Of a DNA stretch of 64,000 bases, positions 30,807-40,597 are shown in pieces. The position numbers and the translations under genes are program-made. The notes below the pieces were generated by a model. The model ran no database searches. It saw nothing but the letters and a program-made list of their open reading frames with translations, and was not told where the DNA came from. The stretch is from Candidatus Latescibacterota bacterium (GTDB lineage Bacteria; Latescibacterota; UBA2968; UBA8231). The stretch lies in assembly GCA_965261395.1 (NCBI GenBank), contig OZ253462.1:5792001-5856000 (forward strand), in the 5' to 3' direction. The first letter of the stretch is position 1; each line of letters begins with the position of its first letter.

Positions 30807-31838
30807 ATGGGTGAAGCTCCTCACAAAATCGCCTTCGCCGGCTTCCGCCACGGCCACATATTCGACCTCTACTCACTGGCCTGCGCCTCGGCTGCGCTCG
30901 AAGTGGTAGCTGCATGCGAGGAGCACGCTGAGACGCGCGCCGAAATCCACGCAAAGGGCCGCGCGGCAATCACCCACGACCGGATCGAGCAAATGCTCGA
31001 CGAGGTGGACTGCGATATCGTCGCGACCGGCACCTATTTCGCCGGTCGCGGCCCGGTGCTGATCGAAGCCCTCGCGCGCGGCAAACACGTCATCAGCGAC
31101 AAACCCCTGTGTACCAAGATGGCCGACCTCGACCGCATTGAGACGCTGGCGCACGAGAAAAATCTCAAGGTCGGCTGCATGTTGACCATGCGCGATGCCG
31201 CCCCGGTTATCGGCGCGCGCAACCTGATCCAAGCCGGCCGCATCGGCGAAGTCCACGCTATCGCCTTTGGCGGCCAACACCCGCTGCTCTTGGGTTCGCG
31301 ACCCGGCTGGTATTTTGAACAGGGCAAGCACGGCGGCACCATTGCCGATATTGGCATCCACGCCATCGACGCTTTGCCTTGGGTCACTGGCCGCGAGTGG
31401 GCGAAAATCAACGCCGCGCGCTGCTGGAGGGCCTTGGCCCCCGAGGGTCTCCACTTGGAGGATGCCGGGCAGATGATGCTGGAGATGGACAACGGCTGCG
31501 GGGTCTTGGGCGATGTGTCGTACTTCGCACCCGATAGGGCCGGCTACGCGATGCCCTACTACTGGCGGACTACGTTTTGGGGGCGGGATGGAGTAATCGA
31601 GACTTCGACTACGGCCAAGGACATTCAAGTGCTCGGCAGGGAAGACGCCACCGTGCAGATTGAGCCGCTACCCCCGGCCCAACGAGGCAGCTACCTGCGC
31701 TCCTTCCTCGACGACATCGCCGGCGAAGTGCCCGCCAACGGCCTCGACACCGCTGCCGTGCTGCGCTCGACGCGTAACGTCCTTCGCATTCAGGAGGCAG
31801 CCGACAGGGGGGAGCGCGAAGTGGGGTTCAGTAGCTGA
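30807..31838 (+). CDS. Gfo/Idh/MocA oxidoreductase
   Basis: GKHVISDKP and GG...DIGIHAID. Confidence 0.85.
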   Translation: MGEAPHKIAFAGFRHGHIFDLYSLACASAALEVVAACEEHAETRAEIHAKGRAAITHDRIEQMLDEVDCDIVATGTYFAGRGPVLIEALARGKHVISDKPLCTKMADLDRIETLAHEKNLKVGCMLTMRDAAPVIGARNLIQAGRIGEVHAIAFGGQHPLLLGSRPGWYFEQGKHGGTIADIGIHAIDALPWVTGREWAKINAARCWRALAPEGLHLEDAGQMMLEMDNGCGVLGDVSYFAPDRAGYAMPYYWRTTFWGRDGVIETSTTAKDIQVLGREDATVQIEPLPPAQRGSYLRSFLDDIAGEVPANGLDTAAVLRSTRNVLRIQEAADRGEREVGFSS

Positions 31839-31902
31839 CGAGGTGAAAGTGGGGAGAAAAACCTACGGCGAGCGAGGATGCTTGTGCTCCAAACTATAGC
31901 TG

Positions 31903-32313
31903 TCAAGGCGCGTCGAGCAGCGTGTAGTCGAGGTCTGCGACGTGGCGATAGTCGCTATCGAAGGTCAACAGGCACCCGCGGCACTCCATCGTCGCTGCTG
32001 CGATCCACACATCGTTCATAGGGATTGGTGTGCCGGCTCGACGCAACGCCACGAAGATTCGGGAATAGTGCCGAACGGTTTCGGAAGTGACGTCCAACAC
32101 GCTGACGAAAGGCTCATCGAGGAAGTCGGCGAGGGCGTGGCGATTCTCCTGCACACGGCTCCCCAACTCGAATCCCGCTTCAATCTCTCCGAGCACTGTC
32201 ACCGGCATGATGACTACCGGTGCATCCGCCACATAGTCGATCACTTGAGGATGTCCGGTACGCAGGTGCGAGTACGCGCTGGTATCGAGGACAAGTCGGT
32301 CAGTCGAGTTCAC
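31903..32313 (-). CDS. vapC: VapC PIN-domain toxin
   Basis: VLDTSAY, GEI..G, NDVWIAA, TFDSDY. Confidence 0.9.
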   Translation of the reverse strand: MNSTDRLVLDTSAYSHLRTGHPQVIDYVADAPVVIMPVTVLGEIEAGFELGSRVQENRHALADFLDEPFVSVLDVTSETVRHYSRIFVALRRAGTPIPMNDVWIAAATMECRGCLLTFDSDYRHVADLDYTLLDAP

Positions 32314-32555
32314 TGCCAGTACCGTTCATCGACGACTCGCTGCGCACGTAGCGCATCGGTAAACTCCGAGAGGTCGTCAGCCGTCCATGTGACGTATCGG
32401 CGCAGGCGGTCGCGACGCGCATCCAACCCGACCGCGTCTTGCAGGAGGCGCAGCACGGTGCTGTTCAGGCTCTCACCGCGTTCCGCGCTGACGGCGCGAA
32501 GCCGCCGCGAGAGTTCGGGATCGACATTGCGAAGGGTAATCTGAGTAGCAGGCAT
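32310..32555 (-). CDS. Ribbon-helix-helix antitoxin (FitA/VapB-like)
   Basis: QITLRNVD...GESLN; 4-bp overlap with vapC. Confidence 0.82.
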   Translation of the reverse strand: MPATQITLRNVDPELSRRLRAVSAERGESLNSTVLRLLQDAVGLDARRDRLRRYVTWTADDLSEFTDALRAQRVVDERYWQ

Positions 32556-32748
32556 GACATCATGAATCTACTGTCATGCCTGCACCGCGTCAATCCCGAC
32601 AGACGGCGTGGCGAAGACGCGGGTATCAGTTTTCTCGGCCGGAAGTCATGCTCATTCTACTAAGGAGCCTATTTTTTATTTGAAGGCTGCATGGAAGAGC
32701 GAATACGGATTCATTCCACAACGTCCCGATTTGCATAGGAGATATGTG

Positions 32749-33099
32749 ATGATCGTTGGCGACAATCCTATAAAAAATCCCGAAGATGATGCTATCGGTA
32801 GAATTTCTACCGCTCAAAATTTTGCTCAGCATGTACTCGCCCTTGATACCAAGGAGGGGGTTGTAGTCGGCGTCCTTGGCCCTTGGGGTTCTGGAAAGAC
32901 GTCCTTTATCAATCTTGCCCGGAATGAGTTTGAGAAGGCCGAAGTTCCCATACTCGACTTTAATCCGTGGATGTTCAGTGGTGCGGCGCAACTCGTCGAG
33001 TCGTTTTTTATCGAACTCGCCGCCCAACTGAAGATTCGTCGTGGCCTTGCCGAAATAGGCGAAAACTTTGAGGCGTATGGAGAACTATTCTCCGGCTTA
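32749..33099 (+). pseudogene. KAP-family P-loop NTPase, N-terminal fragment truncated by IS630
   Basis: DNPI...DAIGR, GVLGPWGSGKTS and FNPWMFS motifs; ends at the TA insertion site. Confidence 0.85.
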
Positions 33100-34018
33100 T
33101 TGACCTCTGCATTTTTAAAGGAATAGTTATATTCATTTATATGCGACCTAAAGGTAGTGCCGATCGGCTGGAATATCGTCGTCAATGGGCGGCTCAGTTG
33201 CTTGATGCCGGCAAAGGCGTCAACGAAGTAGCTCGTCTGGTCCAAGTCTCCCCTTCCTCGGTGTCTCGTTGGAAGGCGATGAAAGCGCAAGCCGGCGAGG
33301 AGGGGCTCAAAGCCAAACCGCATCCGGGTCGGGGCTGTCAGTTGAGTCCCCAAGACAAGGATCAGTTGAAACAGCTTCTGCTCCAAGGCCCCCAGGCGGC
33401 TGGCTTTGATAGCGCTGTGGACCTGTCGGCGTGTCGCGCAGGTGATGGCCCAAACGTTTGGGGTGTCCTATCATCCCGATCACGTGGGTCGTCTGCTGCA
33501 TGGGTTGGGTTTTTCATGCCAGTATCCCCAGCACCGGGCGCGCGAACGGGAGGAGGAGGCCATCCGCCAATGGCGCTTAGTGGAGTGGCCGCGGATTAAA
33601 AAAAAGCCCGGCACCAAGGGGCGACCATCGCCTTGATGGATCAGAGGGGCTTCATGCTGCAACCCACCCGTCGTAGGACGTGGGCTTTGTCGGGTCACAC
33701 GCCCATACACAAGGTGTGGGATCGCCATGATCGCTTGTCGGTTCAGGCCGCCGTTACCTTGCCGCCTCGGCGCCAGCGGTTGGGCGTTTATTTCCGAATG
33801 TATGAGCATAATATTGACCGGCAGGATGTGGTATCCTTTGTCGGTCCTCTGCGGCGTATGATACGGCGCAAGGTCGTGCTCATTTTGGATCGGTGGAGTG
33901 TGCATCGCGCCGCGGTGGCGGTATTGCACAAAAGGTATCCGGATCGACTCACCATCGAATGGTTACCCGCCTATGCACCCGAATTGAATCCGGCTGAACA
34001 GGTCTGGAATCATACTAA
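33100..34018 (+). mobile_element. IS630-family element, frameshifted transposase, right end lost
   Basis: HTH N-terminus; LPAYAPELNPAEQVW DDE motif; starts after TA; cut by IS5. Confidence 0.88.
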
Positions 34019-34919
34019 GAGTTCCTAACAAAACTCTTTGAGGTGGTTCCAACAGATGAGTATACATCCGATGTCGAGGAAGGCCTCATGGATTTCGGCT
34101 CGCCGCTCCCAGCGCACTCGTAACCGCCGAAACTGATGCAACCACGCCAACGTCCGTTCCACCACCCACCGATAGACGCCCAAGCCGCTGCCGTGGGCTT
34201 GTCCCCGCCGCGCCAACACCGCGCCGATGCCCCGCTTTTGCAAGGCGCGCCGATGCGCTTGCGAATCATAGGCCCGGTCGCCTTGCACCTGATCGGGGCG
34301 ACGACGCGGTCGGCCGACTCGACCGGCCACCGCAGGGATGCGATCCACCAACGGCAACAACTGCGTCACATCATGCCGATGCGCCCCCGTCACGCTGGCG
34401 GCCAACGGGACCCCCTGTGCATCGGTGATTACATGATGTTTGCTGCCCGGTTTGCCCCGATCGGTCGGATTGGGACCGGGGTGCGCCCCCCCCCAACCGC
34501 CCGCACCGAGGCACTATCGATCACCGCCCGAGACCCGTCGATCCGGTCGGCCGCCCGTAGTTGGTTCAACAGAATATGGTGGACGCGCTTCCAGACCCCG
34601 GCTTGCTGCCAAGCCCGCCGCCGACGCCAGCAGGTCATCCCCGAGCCGCACCCCAACTCTTGCGGCAAATACTCCCAAGGGATGCCCGTCTTGAGCACAA
34701 AGACCAGGCCGGTCAGCACCCGACGATTATCCAGCGGGGGCCGACCGCCTTTGGGCTTGGCTACATCGGGGGGTAAAACCGGTTCAATGAGTTCCCATAA
34801 CGCATCGTCGAGTACGGGCTGGGCCATGAACAAACCTCCATACCAAGGGAGTAGCATCAATACCGAACAAATGAATATAGATCAGCCTAAACGACATAAA
34901 AAGGGTTTGTTAGAGACTC
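34019..34919 (-). mobile_element. IS5-family element with two-frame transposase
   Basis: TIR GAGTTCCTAACAAA/GAGTCTCTAACAAA, TAA on both sides; GIPWEYLP, IDSASV, GDRAYD, RWVVERT; frame change near the G-run at ~34490. Confidence 0.9.
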
Positions 34920-34920
34920 T

Positions 34921-35613
34921 AAGGCTCCGAAGCCTCATATAATTCTTTCATCACTGCGCCCTCCAGGGCGTCGTGCTTTCACTTGTGCTCATGAACTCGG
35001 CCATCATAGCTATGGCGACGGTACGCGTATAGACGAGTTGGTTAAAGAAAGGGAAGACCCCCAGTTTGACCATAGCGAGTTCGCCGCCGATTGCTTTGCA
35101 GGTGCTCTCCTGATGCCCAAGATGGCTGTCGAGCGGGCCTTTGCGCTCCGTAAGTGGTCGATCAGTGAGTGTACACCGGACCAAGTCTATATGGTTTCCA
35201 ACTACTTCGGAGTCGGCTACACAACATTGATACACCACTTGAGAAACGCTCTCTTACTACTCCCAGGTCCCCAGGCTGAAAAACTCTTGAAAGTTCCGCC
35301 ACGGCGAGCACAAGCTTTAAGCCTCGGATGGGAGACTTCGGAAACAGTCTGGATTGCCGACGAGTATTGGACAGGAAGACCTATAGATGTTGAGGTCGGC
35401 GATCTCATCTTTGTACTTGGGCGGCCTCGTCTGGAAGGGTGTTGTGTCGAGCATGTAGCAGATAGGGATGGGGGCAGACTGATCTGCGCCCGGCAGCCCG
35501 GAATCGGCAGGCTTGAGGACAGTTCTGGTTGGTCAGCCTTCATTAGAATATCCAAGCGAGAATTCATCGGGCGAAGCCTCTTCCGACATCAGGAGGAGGT
35601 GGATGATGAGTAG
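34921..35613 (+). pseudogene. ImmA/IrrE (M78) zinc metallopeptidase, N-terminus removed at the IS5 junction
   Basis: Frame open from the IS end: GRRAFTCAHELGHH...EFAADCFAGALLMP. Confidence 0.85.
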
Positions 35614-36418
35614 TCCCTTGATCATCGTGGAGGACAACATCTCGGTGGCATGGGGCAAAGCCTTCCTGAAAGTCTTTCACGCTCGCGAGATTACCCCGCT
35701 GGTAGTGGAGATCAATAGCTTGGACAATCCGGAGTCTCCTGAGATCCCGTCTATCCGAAACGCTCTTGATGCCGCCTTGGCTAAGGATGGGAAAGGGCTA
35801 TGTTGCCATCAGGTGGCGAACACTATTTTCCCGATCTCCCTGTGGAACTCTAAGGCCGACAGACATAACCTGTACAAAAGGTATCTGAAGATCTTCCCTC
35901 GTATTCAGAAGTACCTCAGCAATCGAAATGGGGTATACTTCCAGCGCTTCATTTTATTTGGTCATGATGGCAACATGCAAGATGGGGTAAACCAACTGGA
36001 GCACATCATCCAGACGTGGAACGGCGGCAACCACCGCAGGTCCGCTTTACAAGCTGCTGCCTTTGACCCACACGTGGATCACACTCACCAACGTCAACGG
36101 GGATTCCCCTGTCTACAGCAGGTTGCGTTCGCGCCCCTAGGCAGTGATGGCCTGACCGTGACTGGCTTCTACGCCACGCAGTACATATTTGAACGTGCCT
36201 ACGGCAACTATTTAGGTCTTTGCCGTCTAGGGCGATTTATGGCCCATGAAATGGGACTGAGATTGGATAAAGTCACCTGTATAGCAACTCCCGCAATCCG
36301 GTCTAACCCGAAGAAGAAGAAGGCAGATTTGAAGGACCTTGCTCAACAAGTCGAAGTAGCCTTGGCAGGCTTTGCAGATGGAGCCGATTCCAGCATTGAT
36401 GAGGGATCTTATGCTTGA
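35606..36418 (+). CDS. Divergent thymidylate synthase-like protein
   Basis: NQLEHII, GFPCLQQ (catalytic Cys position), AYGNYLGL; RSxD replaced by YATQ; AGGAGGAGG RBS. Confidence 0.7.
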   Translation: MSSPLIIVEDNISVAWGKAFLKVFHAREITPLVVEINSLDNPESPEIPSIRNALDAALAKDGKGLCCHQVANTIFPISLWNSKADRHNLYKRYLKIFPRIQKYLSNRNGVYFQRFILFGHDGNMQDGVNQLEHIIQTWNGGNHRRSALQAAAFDPHVDHTHQRQRGFPCLQQVAFAPLGSDGLTVTGFYATQYIFERAYGNYLGLCRLGRFMAHEMGLRLDKVTCIATPAIRSNPKKKKADLKDLAQQVEVALAGFADGADSSIDEGSYA

Positions 36419-38108
36419 CCATTCCAGTCCTGGCCAAATAATCGTATTCGAGGGACCTGATGGTGTAGGGAAGTCCACGCTTTCTCAGGCCCTTGTCAAG
36501 AAGCTGACAGATATCGGTCTGCCCTGTGAGTACTTGACGTTTCCAGGTAAGGAAGCAGGGACCATAGGTCGCCTAGTTTATGACCTCCACCATGATCCCG
36601 AAGCGTTTGGCTTGGGGAAGGTCTCTGCCACTAGCCTCCAAACCCTACATATAGCTGCTCACTTGGATGTGATAGAGCAGCGTATCCAGCCGGCACTTAA
36701 TGAAGGACAGTGGGTGGTACTTGACCGGTTCTGGTGGTCTACGTGGGTTTACGGGCGGGCGTCCGCCGTGGACAGGACTATGTTGGATGCTATGATTCAG
36801 GTGGAGCGTCTTCAGTGGGATGGTACCAAGCCCGCTGTCGTCTTCCTGATTGATCGTTCTAGTCATCTACTCAAAGATGATGATCGAGCCAAACTACGCG
36901 AGGGATACCAGATCCTGTTCGAAAGGGAACAGGACCAGTACCCAGTCCGTTTGATCCAGAACGACACGTCAGTGGACGAATCCCTGAGCCAACTACTAGA
37001 GGTTCTTCAAGACCTCGTCCTTCAGGTGCAGGATAGAGCTTCTACAGAACAGACTGCCAACTCAAAGAAAAAGGTGGAGCAGCTACCTCTTTTCCTTCCA
37101 CACGAGAAGCCTCGCTCTGTCTTCACGAGACTATCTCCTGCCCAGCCGACTGTGGTGTATGACAGTTACTGGCGGTTCGCTGCGGAACGACAAGAGGTGT
37201 TTTTTCGTAAGCTATCGGGGCTTCCCGATCCTTGGACGGCTGATCGCATCCTCACCCGGTATAAGTTTACTAATGCGTACCGCGCATCAGATCGCGTCAG
37301 CCAGTACCTAATCAGGCATGTCATCTATGAGGGGGATGATAGCCCAGAAGAGGTGTTTTTTCGTACCATTCTTTTTAAGCTTTTCAATAAGATCGAAACG
37401 TGGAAGATGCTAAATGCCAAGCTGGGAACGGTCAGCTATGCTGATTACTCCTTCTCGAAATACGACCAAGTACTGGCTGAAGCTCTCTCATCCGGCACTC
37501 GGATCTATTCGGCAGCCTATATCATGCCGTCGGGCAAGACCTCGTTCGGCCATAGTCAGAAACATCGTAATAACTTGTTGCTTCTTGAACAGATGATGGA
37601 GGATGAGACTCCCCGTAGGATCGCCGATGCACCTAGCATGCAGCAAGCCTTTGAGGTATTACGCTCGTATTCGACAGTCGGCAGCTTTCTTGCCTATCAA
37701 TTCGTCACAGACCTCAACTACAGCGAACTCACAAACTTCTCGGAGATGGAGTTCGTCATACCAGGTCCAGGCGCAATGGATGGTATTCACAAGTGTTTCG
37801 CTGATCTAGGGGGCCTTAATGAGAGGGACATCATTCAAGTAGTCACGGAGCGACAAGAGCAGGAGTTTGAAAGACTAGAGCTACAGTTTCGCTCTCTGTG
37901 GGGAAGGCACCTCCAGCTCATTGACTGCCAAAACCTCTTCTGTGAAGTGTCCAAATACGCTCGTTTAAGGCATCCAGAGGTTAAGGGAGTCAACAAGCGC
38001 ACTCAGATCAAGCAGGTCTATCGTCCTTCCAAGGGACGGCTAGATTACTGGTACCCTCCTAAGTGGGGTATCAACCATCTTATCCCGCAGCCTAGGAAAT
38101 TAGTTTGA
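36411..38108 (+). CDS. dTMP kinase-like domain fused to 5-hmdU DNA kinase (aGPT-PPlase1)-like helical domain
   Basis: EGPDGVGKST and DRF in N-half; YWRFAAERQ, PWT.D.IL..YKFTNAYR.SDRVSQY, YQFVTDLNY, GPGA.DG, DCQNLFCE..KY in C-half. Confidence 0.8.
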   Translation: MLDHSSPGQIIVFEGPDGVGKSTLSQALVKKLTDIGLPCEYLTFPGKEAGTIGRLVYDLHHDPEAFGLGKVSATSLQTLHIAAHLDVIEQRIQPALNEGQWVVLDRFWWSTWVYGRASAVDRTMLDAMIQVERLQWDGTKPAVVFLIDRSSHLLKDDDRAKLREGYQILFEREQDQYPVRLIQNDTSVDESLSQLLEVLQDLVLQVQDRASTEQTANSKKKVEQLPLFLPHEKPRSVFTRLSPAQPTVVYDSYWRFAAERQEVFFRKLSGLPDPWTADRILTRYKFTNAYRASDRVSQYLIRHVIYEGDDSPEEVFFRTILFKLFNKIETWKMLNAKLGTVSYADYSFSKYDQVLAEALSSGTRIYSAAYIMPSGKTSFGHSQKHRNNLLLLEQMMEDETPRRIADAPSMQQAFEVLRSYSTVGSFLAYQFVTDLNYSELTNFSEMEFVIPGPGAMDGIHKCFADLGGLNERDIIQVVTERQEQEFERLELQFRSLWGRHLQLIDCQNLFCEVSKYARLRHPEVKGVNKRTQIKQVYRPSKGRLDYWYPPKWGINHLIPQPRKLV

Positions 38109-39124
38109 TCCGTGTTTTTTCGGGACCAACCGCCGATCACGTGTGGCAGCAGATGGCAGATGCCTTCCGACAATCGGACGGCATCTGTAGCCAAAAGGGT
38201 AGAGGTGGCCCAACAAAGGAGATTCTCCATGCGGCCATATCAATCGAAGACCCTAGGCAACGCTGGGTGGTATCTCGGAAGCCATCTATAAATGTGGCCT
38301 TTGCACTGGCAGAGGTCGTATGGATCATAAACGGAAGGCGTGACCTGAAGTTCCTTGAGTTCTGGAACCAAGCCCTTCCCCGTTTTGTTGGGCCAGGGCC
38401 AGAGCTTCATGGAGCCTATGGGCATCGGCTCCGTGTTCACCTAGGCTTAGACCAGTTGAAACGGGCCTACGAGGCACTGCGACAGGATCCTGATACCAGA
38501 CAAGCGGTGCTACAGATTTGGGACTCTAGCATTGACCTACCTCGGTCTGACGGGTCACCAGTGGATCAGGACATTCCCTGCAATATCTTCTCATTGCTCA
38601 AGGTGCGTAATGGGAAATTGGAGTGGACGCAGATCATACGAAGCAACGACTTGTTTCTTGGAGTGCCTTACAACTTTGTCCAATTCACATGCCTTCAGGA
38701 GATAATAGCGGGGTGGCTGGGTATTGAGTGCGGCTCGTATAACCAGATCAGCGATAGCCTGCATCTCTATGACCGAAATATGGAGGAGGTACTCAACTCG
38801 ATGCGATCGTCAGACCTATCTTCCAATCCAGATTCTCTTGCTTTGCCATGGGAGGAATCAGAACAGGCATTTAGGGGGATGGAACATCGAATCGAGCGGA
38901 TGGTTAAGCCAGAGCTGTGTCCGGATGAACTTGAAGAGTTGTCTAAATGGGACACGGCACCAAAGGCTTACCAGAATATACTGGCTGTCCTTGTCGCTAG
39001 GGCACTACACCGACATGGTCACAGGGAAACAGCAAAGGCGGTCATGTCTTCCTGCACGAACCCTGTTTATCACGAACTTTGGTCACAGCGGTTTCTCAAC
39101 GAGACCAGGCGAAATAAAAAATAA
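38105..39124 (+). CDS. Thymidylate synthase/dUMP hydroxymethylase-family protein
   Basis: GAYGHR, DTRQAV, DIPCN, RSNDLFLGVPYN, SLHLY; TTGA overlap with upstream stop. Confidence 0.85.
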   Translation: MIRVFSGPTADHVWQQMADAFRQSDGICSQKGRGGPTKEILHAAISIEDPRQRWVVSRKPSINVAFALAEVVWIINGRRDLKFLEFWNQALPRFVGPGPELHGAYGHRLRVHLGLDQLKRAYEALRQDPDTRQAVLQIWDSSIDLPRSDGSPVDQDIPCNIFSLLKVRNGKLEWTQIIRSNDLFLGVPYNFVQFTCLQEIIAGWLGIECGSYNQISDSLHLYDRNMEEVLNSMRSSDLSSNPDSLALPWEESEQAFRGMEHRIERMVKPELCPDELEELSKWDTAPKAYQNILAVLVARALHRHGHRETAKAVMSSCTNPVYHELWSQRFLNETRRNKK

Positions 39125-39215
39125 ACTACCCCGCCGCAAGCAGCGGGGTATTAGCGGGAACTACTTGACGGCCTACGCCGCAAGCGGCGGGGTATTAGAC
39201 CCGAATGAGAATAAA
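39123..39215. repeat. Paired GC-rich hairpins (REP-like element)
   Basis: TACCCCGCCGCAAGCAGCGGGGTA and CGCCGCAAGCGGCGGGGTATTAG. Confidence 0.65.
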
Positions 39216-39219
39216 AAAT

Positions 39220-39459
39220 ATGAAATCTCTGACTATCCACATGGACGATACCTTGGCCCAACTCATACGCAAGAAAGCCGCCGCCGAGGGAAAAAGTCTA
39301 AACAAGACTATAAACGGTGTGCTGAAAGAGGCCTTGGGTCTGCAGCCGACGAATCACCGAGCTGATTTTTTGGATCAGTGCGGCGTGTGGAGCACCGAGG
39401 AACGGACGGCATTCGACTCCTTGACTCGCCGCCAAGTAGATACTGAGGACTGGCAGTGA
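39220..39459 (+). CDS. Ribbon-helix-helix antitoxin, homologous to 32310-32555
   Basis: MKSLTIH...GKSLN...WS.E...VDTEDWQ. Confidence 0.78.
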   Translation: MKSLTIHMDDTLAQLIRKKAAAEGKSLNKTINGVLKEALGLQPTNHRADFLDQCGVWSTEERTAFDSLTRRQVDTEDWQ

Positions 39460-39548
39460 AGGTCCTGTTGGATACCAATGCGTTCAACGCGTCAGTAATC
39501 CGCCTGTGGGAACCCCGTTCTTCCGAGTTGAGCCTCGGCCTCGTCTAA
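39456..39548 (+). pseudogene. vapC remnant (first ~9 codons only)
   Basis: GTGA overlap, then KVLLDTNA followed by unrelated sequence. Confidence 0.7.
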
Positions 39549-39550
39549 CC

Positions 39551-40312
39551 CTAAGAGGTCTCCAGCCCCATGTTCTGGTGCTGGCTTTGCAGGGACTCTT
39601 GGTATCTGCGCCGGCCTTCCTCATCCACCTTGCAACTGACGCCTTCGAAGACCATGGCAAAAGCGCGGCGGTGGCGCTGCGACGAGCGATTGGGGTCGGC
39701 TCGGTGGATGACTTCGCCGTGGTGGACCACCGCGTCGCCGGGTTGCAAATGCACCGCGACTTCATTGGCTTGGTCTTGGGGGCCGTAATCGGCAATGCCC
39801 TGCGAAAAACCCAAGACCGAGGTGCGGCTGTGCGGCCGGATGCCCTTGCGATGCGAGCCAGGGCTGTAGCGCAGGCAGCCGTTTTCCTCGTCAACTGGGT
39901 CGAGGGCCAGCCAAATGGAGGCGACGTTGGGCGGCGTGAGGTTGAAGTAGAAATTGTCCTGATGCGGCGGCGTGGGGTGTTCAGTCTGCGGCGGCTTGTT
40001 GAACCACTCGGGCTGGCTCACCTCTGCGGCTTCGCCGATGAGGGTTTGCGCTAGGGCCTTCCAGCGCGGTTGGTCGCGGTAATCGGAGAAGAAGGTGTCG
40101 TAGTCGCCCATCTTCTGTAGCTGTTTCAGGGTTTCGGGCCGGTCCTTGTCTTGGTAGAAGACGGCCTGATCGGGCAAGGTTGGCACCACGTCGCGGATAT
40201 AGCGGGCGACTTGGGCCGTTAGGTTTGCGAGTTCGTCGGGGGGCAGGAAGTTCCGCACGAGGACGAAGCCATCGCGGTCATAAGCGGCTTTATAAGAGGT
40301 ATAGTCGGGCAT
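39551..40312 (-). CDS. PhyH-family dioxygenase
   Basis: PHQDNFY, IWLALD, PGSH, HRAD.N.S. Confidence 0.88.
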   Translation of the reverse strand: MPDYTSYKAAYDRDGFVLVRNFLPPDELANLTAQVARYIRDVVPTLPDQAVFYQDKDRPETLKQLQKMGDYDTFFSDYRDQPRWKALAQTLIGEAAEVSQPEWFNKPPQTEHPTPPHQDNFYFNLTPPNVASIWLALDPVDEENGCLRYSPGSHRKGIRPHSRTSVLGFSQGIADYGPQDQANEVAVHLQPGDAVVHHGEVIHRADPNRSSQRHRRAFAMVFEGVSCKVDEEGRRRYQESLQSQHQNMGLETS

Positions 40313-40597
40313 GGTGGCGCTCCCTTCGGCTTTGTTCAGGGCAAGCTCTCAATTTTTCGGTCGCTCTGTGAAATGAACTCGTATTCGACCGTATCAGTTT
40401 AACTAACTTCATCACAAAATGACAGTCAATGCGATCTATCCGCGCCTTGACTTATATACCGTGCTGCCCAAGATGCGCATCTTGCGCGAGAAGGGTTTTG
40501 ATCTCTTAGCCAGCAGGCTAGGCCGATCTCTACAACTCGTGGAATATTCTAGAAGCCGTATCCTCTAGATACCTATGCCGCTTCTGAAGTTTTCTCA

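Noticed and set aside
32749-39124. Prophage interpretation of the TS/kinase genes
   Set aside because: No capsid, terminase, tail, integrase or replication genes nearby
38105-39124. Calling this gene housekeeping thyA, or 36411 tmk
   Set aside because: Divergent sequence, domain fusion and island context argue against the core enzymes
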